A DNA stretch of 39,374 bases. Origin: a virus (lineage: Duplodnaviria > Caudoviricetes). This document shows positions 33,199 through 39,374 of this stretch, piece by piece; within the stretch, counting starts at the first letter, position 1; every line of letters begins with the position of its first letter. Both the position numbers and the translations under genes were made by a program. Below the pieces are notes generated by a model that worked only from the letters and a program-made list of their open reading frames with translations, was not told where the DNA came from and searched no databases. Location: positions 1 to 39,374 of the IMG/VR virus record IMGVR_UViG_3300050196_000164; one strand, 5' to 3'.

Positions 33199-33313
33199 GA
33201 GGGAAAACCGAAATTTACCGGGCTAGTGCCCCTGGGGCTGGTTGGGTTCGATTCCCTTCGCCCGCTCCAGGTAAAAACGCATTTTTGGGACCAAATCGGG
33301 ACCGAATCTGAAG

Positions 33314-34483
33314 TTATGAGGCATCCCGCAGGCGCTGCTTGCTGGCCTTCAGGGCGTTCTCGAAGCCCGCCATTTCGGCCGCGTCGCCGTCGCTGGGTAT
33401 CCACCGGGCATAGTGGTTGAGGAACATCTTCACGTCGTGCCCAAGCTGGGCCGCGCACCAGGCGGGCCGGCGCCCGGCCATGAGAAGCTGGGTCGCGTAG
33501 AAGTGCCGGGTGTTGTAGGGCGGCCGGTAGCGGATGGCCAGGCGCTTGATGGTCGGTATCCAGTACCACCGGGTGAAGAACTGTTCGTGGACCCATGGCG
33601 CGTCGCGCCGCGGGTCCACGAACACGTGTTCGCCGCCCATGTAGGTGTGCGGGCGCATGCCTGTGATCGCCTGGCGCGCGAGGCTGTTCAGCATGACCGT
33701 CCGGGCCTGCTTGGTCTTCGTCGTCTCCTTCTCGATGCCCAGCACCACGCCGGCATGCACGTGCATCGTGCCGGCTCTCAGGTCGATGTCACCCCAGCGC
33801 AGGGCATAGGATTCGCTGCTGCGCAGGCCGGTCCAGAACTTCGCCACCACGTACCAATAGACCTGTTCCGGGTAGTGCTTGCGCATGTCCTCGCAGATGG
33901 CCTCGGCCTCTTCAAGCGTGAAGGGGTCAGGCTCGGGGGCCTGCACCTTGGCCGACTTGATGGTCTTGCCCACGTTCGTGGCGAGGCGCCCGTCATCGAC
34001 GGCCAGGCCCAGGCCCTGCCGCAGGGCCACGAGGTAGTTGTTCACGGTCTTGCCCTTGAGCATGGGCCGGGTGGCCAGGGCTTGCAGAATGTCACTCTTC
34101 ACAAGCTCTGATGCCCGCTTGTGGCCGGCCGGGGTGGACTTCCAGAAGGCCACAGCGGTCAGGTAGCTTTTGAGGGTGCTCGGCTCCACTCGAACACTCG
34201 ACACCCACCGATCCAGCAGTTCTCCCACGGTGTCGGTGCCGGCCACGTCGCGGGCGCGCGGATCGTAGGGAAAGAACCGATCCCACGAGAACGTGCCGGT
34301 CCTGATCGCCTGACGAACATCGGCCGCCAGACGAAGCGCGTGCTTCATGTTGGCGGCCGTGGGGATCATGGGTGCGCCACTGTTGAGGCGCAGGATGATG
34401 CTTTGGCGCTGCTTGTCCAGCGTGAACCGGACCCGCAACGCGCCGTTGTGCTCATCTACGCCGCCTGCCCCTTTTCTACCCAT
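33314..34483 (-). CDS. int: Tyrosine recombinase / phage integrase with N-terminal arm-binding domain
   Basis: 'WTGLRSSE' (R), 'KTK' (K), 'YNTRH' (H-x-x-R variant), 'QLGH', 'NHYARW' (Y); adjacent to the att site. Confidence 0.95.
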   Translation of the reverse strand: MGRKGAGGVDEHNGALRVRFTLDKQRQSIILRLNSGAPMIPTAANMKHALRLAADVRQAIRTGTFSWDRFFPYDPRARDVAGTDTVGELLDRWVSSVRVEPSTLKSYLTAVAFWKSTPAGHKRASELVKSDILQALATRPMLKGKTVNNYLVALRQGLGLAVDDGRLATNVGKTIKSAKVQAPEPDPFTLEEAEAICEDMRKHYPEQVYWYVVAKFWTGLRSSESYALRWGDIDLRAGTMHVHAGVVLGIEKETTKTKQARTVMLNSLARQAITGMRPHTYMGGEHVFVDPRRDAPWVHEQFFTRWYWIPTIKRLAIRYRPPYNTRHFYATQLLMAGRRPAWCAAQLGHDVKMFLNHYARWIPSDGDAAEMAGFENALKASKQRLRDAS

Positions 34484-34713
34484 TTTTCAATCTCCCTCAT
34501 GTCGTACCAGATGCTGCCGTCCGGGGCCTTGCGCCACTCTTGGCCCTCGATCCACACGCCGCTGTACCGCTTGCCGTCAACGGCACGGATGGTCAGGCCC
34601 AGTTTCACCGCTGCCAGTGTGGCAGTGACGTAGCGGCCTGTATCCACCAAGATGACGGGGGGTGGGGCAGGCGCCCCAGGGCCTTCCCCCGTCGTGTCGC
34701 CTGCTGCTGCCAT
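34456..34713 (-). CDS. xis: Excisionase (RDF)
   Basis: 85 aa overlapping the int start; 'GVWIEGQEWRKAPDGSIWYDMREIEKWVE' is a typical phage excisionase winged-helix. Confidence 0.8.
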   Translation of the reverse strand: MAAAGDTTGEGPGAPAPPPVILVDTGRYVTATLAAVKLGLTIRAVDGKRYSGVWIEGQEWRKAPDGSIWYDMREIEKWVEKGQAA

Positions 34714-34715
34714 GG

Positions 34716-35576
34716 TCAGGAATTGGTGCTGATGGCCAGCGCCTTCGGCGCCGGTGCCGTGGCACCGTCCACGAAGTCGGCCGCGGGCATCTTCTCCTTC
34801 AGGCCGCTGATGAGGTGCTTCAAGGCGTCCTCGATGAACTTGTGCGGTCGGTCCATGTCGTACCAGACAGACAGGTCGCCATTGTTGATGCGGTAGCGGA
34901 AGCGGCATTGAACCTCGTAGCTCGCATCGCCCTTGAACACCGGGATCGTGATGGTGAACTTCTCGGGCACCTTGAGTTGACCCTTGGCCGCAGTGCCTTG
35001 GATTTCCTCCTGATAGCTGAACTGGATTTCGCCGTTGTCCAGGCGCTGCGCGCTGGCGAACTGCACCGCCTTCTTGGCCTCGAAGCTGCGTGCCACGGTG
35101 AGCATTTCGGCGCCACTGGGTTCCGTGATGTCGGGGAGGTTGTCCTCGATGAAGCGCATGAACTCCACCTGGCTGAACTTATTGCCGTCGGCACCCTTCC
35201 AGATCGTCCACTCGGGCGACAGGGGACAGGTGTAGAGCACGGTCAGGTCGCGCCACGTGTTGGGGTTGAGCACGGCCTTGAACGAGGGCTGTTCGCCGTC
35301 GTTGACATAGACGATGGGGTGGCCCACTTCTTCGGGGTCAGCTATGCGCTGGCCCAGCACATCGACCAGGCGCGCGAACGAGACTGGGTTGTTCGCAGTG
35401 AAGTCGCCGCGGGCGCGCGGTGCGTGCTGCAACGCTTCGAGGTTGGCCACGCGGAAGCCCTTGGGCACCATCATGACCTGGGTTTCTCCGATGTCGAACG
35501 GATCAGCGAGTGCGACAGTCAGATGGTGGATCATTTCGGCTGCGGTGCCGTCGGATTGGTCTTCACGGTCGGACAT
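34716..35576 (-). CDS. DUF2303 / YfdQ-like phage protein
   Basis: 'LSPEWTIW..FSQVEFMRFIEDNLPDI', 'F.SAQRLDNGEIQFSY', 'VPEKFTITIPVF', 'RFRYR'. Confidence 0.8.
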   Translation of the reverse strand: MSDREDQSDGTAAEMIHHLTVALADPFDIGETQVMMVPKGFRVANLEALQHAPRARGDFTANNPVSFARLVDVLGQRIADPEEVGHPIVYVNDGEQPSFKAVLNPNTWRDLTVLYTCPLSPEWTIWKGADGNKFSQVEFMRFIEDNLPDITEPSGAEMLTVARSFEAKKAVQFASAQRLDNGEIQFSYQEEIQGTAAKGQLKVPEKFTITIPVFKGDASYEVQCRFRYRINNGDLSVWYDMDRPHKFIEDALKHLISGLKEKMPAADFVDGATAPAPKALAISTNS

Positions 35577-35666
35577 GGGGTAGGTTCCTCAGTGGGGGGG
35601 AAGGGTGGGCGACTGTCCTTGCGACCCGGCGCCGTACTGCACGCCGGGCCCAGTCGCCCGTGGAAA

Positions 35667-36605
35667 TCAGACGGGGGTGGGCTGGTCGGGCGTTGCCAGG
35701 CGGTCGCTCAAGAGGAAGCCCAGCAAAGGCCAGATCTGCTCCTCGGCGTTGTGGCGGGCCAGCTTGCGGCCGTATTCAGCATCGACCGTCTCGGCACTGA
35801 CCGGGCCGGCGTTGACGCCGATCACGCGGAAGCCGTTCTTCAGGATGAGCACGCAGAAAGTGACATGGGCCAGTTCATCCATGCCTTCGACCTTGAACAG
35901 GGACGGGCTCCGACCGTTGCCTTCGATCTGCTTGACGTGCGCGCTGAAATTGCTGCCGATCACGCCGTCCTCAGCGGTGAAGTAGTGTTCCTCCGCAATG
36001 GCGTTCTGCACATCATCGTCGTACACCTTGGGGGCCGTCGCTTCGCCCTGGGCCTTCTGTCTGCGTTCAGCCTGGCATTCCACGCAGTCGCAGACCTCGC
36101 CCAAAGCCCCGAAGACCTCGGTCAACATTTGCGCCAGAGACTGCTTGCCCAGTTGGCGGCCGACGGCTGCGAGCGCCTTCAGGTGCTCACCCGCTGCCGC
36201 ATCGGCCGTGCTGGGTTCGTCCTTGGGGTCGGGGCCGGGGCCGGCCGGGGCGGCGTGCAGGGCATCGTTCCTCGATTGGTTCAGCACATCCTGTTCAGCC
36301 TGCTTGATCGTCTTGGCATCGAAGTGGGCGCGGCCCGTTTCGATGCCCATCGGGATGGTTTCGGTGCCGGGTTGATCCAGCGGAACGCTGGTCAGATCGT
36401 GCACCCGGCCGCAATGGTCAGTGACAGCCAGGTTGACCACGTACCAGCTCCACACGTAGCTGACGACAGCGTGGAACGGTTCGCCGCTGTGACAAGACAG
36501 CATCGGCATGCGGTGTTGGCCCACCGGGACTTCGCCTTGTCGTTCAATTTTGGAAGGCCAGTAGAGCATCGGCATGCCGATGGTGGGTTGAATCTTCAGG
36601 GACAT
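35667..36605 (-). CDS. Composite protein with C-terminal Gp49-like domain
   Basis: C-terminal 'VTFCVLILKNGFRVIG..PVSAETVDAEYGRKLARHNAEEQIWPLLGFLL' is Gp49/66-like; separate N-terminal domain 'PTIG..YWP..AVVSYVW..VNLAV'. Confidence 0.7.
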   Translation of the reverse strand: MSLKIQPTIGMPMLYWPSKIERQGEVPVGQHRMPMLSCHSGEPFHAVVSYVWSWYVVNLAVTDHCGRVHDLTSVPLDQPGTETIPMGIETGRAHFDAKTIKQAEQDVLNQSRNDALHAAPAGPGPDPKDEPSTADAAAGEHLKALAAVGRQLGKQSLAQMLTEVFGALGEVCDCVECQAERRQKAQGEATAPKVYDDDVQNAIAEEHYFTAEDGVIGSNFSAHVKQIEGNGRSPSLFKVEGMDELAHVTFCVLILKNGFRVIGVNAGPVSAETVDAEYGRKLARHNAEEQIWPLLGFLLSDRLATPDQPTPV

Positions 36606-36640
36606 CGGGTTGATCCTTCAGGGTGTCGTGGATGTGGAAC

Positions 36641-37009
36641 TCAGGCAGCGCCCAGCGTGCGCACCTGGGCGGGCGTGGACTCGACGGAGCGCAGGCCGGG
36701 CAATTCGTCCTGCTTCAGGTGGTTGCGCGACAGGAAGCCCTCGGGCGTGGGGAACATCAGCGAGGTGCCCTTTTCGGCCTTCGGCTTCTTGACCTTCACC
36801 TCGTCCAAGATCTCGAAGTGCCCGCCCTTGCCGGGCTTGAACGTGATGGTCAGCGTGATGGAGCCGGCCCGGCCCGTGTCCTGGCACAGTAGGTTCAGGG
36901 CCTGCAGTTCCTTCGTCGCTTCTTCGGTCAACGCGCCGCCCCGCAGCGAGTCCACCGTGTCGGTGAAGGTGCGGGGGGTCATCAGTGCTTTCACTTGCTC
37001 GGGTGACAT
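36641..37009 (-). CDS. Hypothetical protein of the type usually found with DUF2303 genes
   Basis: AGGAG SD; 'TGRAGSITLTITFKP', 'LMFPTPEGFLSR..QDELPGL'. Confidence 0.7.
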   Translation of the reverse strand: MSPEQVKALMTPRTFTDTVDSLRGGALTEEATKELQALNLLCQDTGRAGSITLTITFKPGKGGHFEILDEVKVKKPKAEKGTSLMFPTPEGFLSRNHLKQDELPGLRSVESTPAQVRTLGAA

Positions 37010-37084
37010 GGATGGATGCTCCTGGGGTTGATGGAACAGGGGAGGGTGGAGCGATCAGCGGGTGCTGCTGCTGATCGACCCGAA

Positions 37085-37122
37085 CAAAAAAGGCGCCTGG
37101 CGCAAACTGCACACCAGGGCCG
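37085..37122 (-). terminator. Rho-independent terminator (leftward)
   Basis: On the - strand: CCTGGTGT-GCAGTTT-GCGCCAGG stem (two G-U pairs), then CGCC and TTTTTT, in an intergenic gap. Confidence 0.55.
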
Positions 37123-37184
37123 GCCGGAATAGGGAGGGAGGAGACAGAGGACACGCGCCGGCCGGGCTCGCCTGCAAACTGGTA

Positions 37185-37499
37185 TCAGGCTTGGGCCTGG
37201 GCCTGGGCCTTGGAATCGGGGCCGGCTGCGGCTTCTCCGGTGCTGTTGGTCGCCGCAGCCAGGTCGGTGCCGTCTGCGTTCTCCAGCTTCACGCCCGATG
37301 CCATCATCCGGCCCACCTCGGCGGCACTGGCCAGGCGCACCTTGATGGTCTGGCCCGCGATGTAGTTGCGGGTCTGCGCGGAGGTGTTGGCCGAAACCAG
37401 GCGGGTAGTGCCGGCATGCTCAGCGACATAGACGCGCTGGGCAGCCCGGGCGGTGCGGGGGGCCTTCTTCGGGGATGTTGCGTTGACGGTGGTGGTCAT
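37185..37499 (-). CDS. Hypothetical phage protein
   Basis: ATG 37499 coupled to the upstream stop; 'RVYV...TRLVSANTSAQ..YIA...VRLAS'. Confidence 0.65.
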   Translation of the reverse strand: MTTTVNATSPKKAPRTARAAQRVYVAEHAGTTRLVSANTSAQTRNYIAGQTIKVRLASAAEVGRMMASGVKLENADGTDLAAATNSTGEAAAGPDSKAQAQAQA

Positions 37500-37726
37500 G
37501 CTTCGGTCTTCCGGTGTTGGTTGCTGATCTTTTTCAGGTGCTCGCACAGGGCTTCGCAGATTCCTGGCACGGCGGATCTGCGCCAATAGACGCCCTTGCC
37601 GAACACCACGGCGGGTTGCTGGCCCAGGCTCTTCAACAGCCTGACGCTGACGGGCAGCCCGCCCAGCAGACGGTGCAGGCCCGCGGTGTTCACCACGTCG
37701 TCGGGGATCACGTCTCTTGCTGCCAT
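37496..37726 (-). CDS. Small hypothetical protein
   Basis: 76 aa between ssb and the next gene, ATGA-coupled. Confidence 0.55.
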   Translation of the reverse strand: MAARDVIPDDVVNTAGLHRLLGGLPVSVRLLKSLGQQPAVVFGKGVYWRRSAVPGICEALCEHLKKISNQHRKTEA

Positions 37727-37750
37727 GCTTCATGGGCCCTCTTCAGGCTG

Positions 37751-38233
37751 CTAAAAGGGGATGTCTTGGTCAAAGTCATCGAACCCGGTATCACGCCGGG
37801 CCGGCTGACTGGGGGCACGCGGAGCGGGCGCCGCTTCACGCTGCTGCCGGGGACTGGGCGCCGGCGCCGGCCGCGCGCTGCCGCTGCTGTCGTCGTCGCC
37901 CCGGGCGCCCAGCAACTGCAAGTGCTCCACCACGATTTCGGTCGTGTAGCGGTCCTTGCCGTCCTTGTCCTCCCACGTGCGGGTCTTCAGCCGGCCCTCG
38001 ACATAGACGGATCGGCCCTTGGTGAGGTATTGACCGGCGACATCGGCCAGGCGGTCGTAGCAGATCACGCGATGCCATTCGGTTTCTTCCTGGCGCTCGC
38101 CGCTGTCCCGGTTCTTCCAGTTGCGGGTGGTGGCCAGCGAGAAGCCGCACACCGACACGCCGCCCGTTGTCTGGCGTACCTCGGGATCACGGCCCAGGTT
38201 CCCGACAAGGATCACTTTGTTGACGCTGGCCAT
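37751..38233 (-). CDS. ssb: Single-stranded DNA-binding protein
   Basis: [34 protein letters not shown]..acidic DIPF tail. Confidence 0.97.
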   Translation of the reverse strand: MASVNKVILVGNLGRDPEVRQTTGGVSVCGFSLATTRNWKNRDSGERQEETEWHRVICYDRLADVAGQYLTKGRSVYVEGRLKTRTWEDKDGKDRYTTEIVVEHLQLLGARGDDDSSGSARPAPAPSPRQQREAAPAPRAPSQPARRDTGFDDFDQDIPF

Positions 38234-38235
38234 GG

Positions 38236-39189
38236 TCAGTAAGGGCCGCCATCATCAAAGCCGTCATCTGCGCGCGCTGCCACAGCATCCCGCTTCGCTG
38301 GCATGGGCTGCGGAAGCCTGTCTTCGGTGTCCACCAGGCGCCGGCCAGGGTTGAAGTAATCGGCCGGGTTGGGCAAGTCCATGCCGCGCATGCGCCGGTA
38401 CAAGCGGCGGGCCCGGATCACGTCGCCGCCGCAGTAGATGGCCACCTTGCGGATCTCTCCGCGCTGGATGAAGTCCCACACCATCGAGCCGTCGATGTAT
38501 TCGCCGTCTTCGAGGTCACTGCCCTTGCCGCTGATGCCCAGGGCCTTGCAGAGCTTGTCCTGCGTGATGTAGGAGCAGGCGTCGCCGGTCCACTCGGTCA
38601 TGGTGTCGAACACCACATCGTTCTCCCAGGGCTTCACCGGCCGGGTGAAGATGGGATGCACGGGGATGCCCAGCACAATGCCGCGCTGGCGGATCATGCG
38701 GCGGTCGAAGCCGATGCCGTGGCCCACCAGGGTCTGCCCGCGGTGGTGGCGCATGCGGGTGGCCAAGGCCTTGTTCAGTTCGCTCAGCAGCCAGGACTCG
38801 TAGCCCGGGTGCATCCACTGCGAGTCCCACAGGTTGCACGGTTCCTCGTCGCCGGCTGCCAGGCTGATGACCACCAGTTGGCCCAGGCCGCCATCCAGGC
38901 ACGTTTTGTGGATCTGCTCCTTCAGAGCGGCCTCGTGCTCTTCCCGGATCGCCTGCACCTTCTCCGGGTAATCGTTCTTCATCCAGGCGTCGATGGTTTC
39001 CTGCTTCTTCAGGCTCTTCGGGGGCTCAACGGCTGCGATGGCCTCTTTGCAGGCCTCGGCATTGGCCTCGGTCATTTCCGTGAGGATGTCCACGCGCTGC
39101 GTGGGGATCGTCTCGGTGTCCGCGAACAGCAGTTGATCGAGGGTGGGCTGAAACGCGGGGTTTTCGGAGCCGCGGCGGGGGAAGTTCAT
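38236..39189 (-). CDS. DEDD-type 3'-5' exonuclease (PolB-exonuclease-like)
   Basis: ExoI 'ADTETIP', ExoII 'VGHGIGFD', ExoIII 'YCGGDV'; next to ssb. Confidence 0.8.
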   Translation of the reverse strand: MNFPRRGSENPAFQPTLDQLLFADTETIPTQRVDILTEMTEANAEACKEAIAAVEPPKSLKKQETIDAWMKNDYPEKVQAIREEHEAALKEQIHKTCLDGGLGQLVVISLAAGDEEPCNLWDSQWMHPGYESWLLSELNKALATRMRHHRGQTLVGHGIGFDRRMIRQRGIVLGIPVHPIFTRPVKPWENDVVFDTMTEWTGDACSYITQDKLCKALGISGKGSDLEDGEYIDGSMVWDFIQRGEIRKVAIYCGGDVIRARRLYRRMRGMDLPNPADYFNPGRRLVDTEDRLPQPMPAKRDAVAARADDGFDDGGPY

Positions 39190-39218
39190 GGTCGGTGCTC
39201 TCTCGTGGGGGTGGTTGG

Positions 39219-39374
39219 TCAGGTGCGCGGGCGCTGCTGCAAGGCCCGCTTGCGGGTGTCCTTGGCCGTGTCGAACTGGAAAACGGCCTCGTTGTCCTGG
39301 GCGCGGCGCGCGGCCGTCACGGCGCGGCCGTGGTTGCGCCGCAATTCGTCCATGTCGGCGGAACCGCCGACATG
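39219..39374 (-). CDS. C-terminal fragment of an early gene, possibly a recombination/annealing protein
   Basis: Open frame from the window end: ...SADMDELRRNHGRAV..FDTAKDTRKRALQQRPRT*; identity suggested only by position before the exonuclease and ssb. Confidence 0.45.
   Translation of the reverse strand, partial: HVGGSADMDELRRNHGRAVTAARRAQDNEAVFQFDTAKDTRKRALQQRPRT

Larger units (their letters stand above)
33134..33308. mobile_element. attP: 26-bp tRNA-Gly 3'-end core with flanking integrase arm-type repeats
   Basis: GGGTTCGATTCCCTTCGCCCGCTCCA (33244-33269) is a T-arm plus acceptor 3' strand with CCA, matching the recalled 3' end of tRNA-Gly(CCC). GGGACC(A/G)AAT pairs lie at 33142-51/33154-63 and 33287-96/33298-307. 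Immediately downstream of int. Confidence 0.85.

Noticed and set aside
33200-33270. Possible full tRNA gene
   Set aside because: Only the T-arm and acceptor 3' strand are present; the upstream sequence cannot supply the 5' acceptor strand, D arm or anticodon arm. It is the att core.
33142-33308. Short repeats as a mini-CRISPR array
   Set aside because: Repeats are 10 bp with no regular spacers and no cas genes; they are explained as Int/Xis sites.
34662-37031. 789-aa + strand ORF
   Set aside because: Antisense to three recognisable early genes; shadow composition.

Overview
About 39 kb of a GC-rich temperate podovirus-like phage, most likely in its excised or circular form because an intact attP has phage genes on both sides. 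The host is inferred to be a betaproteobacterium from the SSB style and base composition. The + strand (1-29.9 kb) is the late module. In order it carries head-tail adaptors, a beta-helix tailspike, a lysis cassette (small TM protein, 3-TM holin-like region fused to an SLT endolysin, i-spanin with embedded o-spanin), two further fibre/spike-like genes, nozzle and tail-tip genes, a GNAT, two ejection proteins, and a 4584-aa DarB-like large polyvalent protein. That protein has InPase-like, N6-methylase, SNF2 helicase, zincin-like, ART-like and PLxRFG regions, an organisation reminiscent of Bcep22-like phages. The - strand (29.9-39.4 kb) is the early module: exonuclease, SSB, DUF2303-like and Gp49-like genes, Xis, tyrosine integrase, attP (3' end of tRNA-Gly) and a cluster of small accessory genes. 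The most striking unexplained signal is a set of four small ORFs overprinted in the same +1 frame inside linker regions of the giant gene. Each has its own ribosome-binding site and a local shift in codon bias, and one has a canonical sigma70-like promoter. All family assignments come from motif recognition by eye; no database searches were run.
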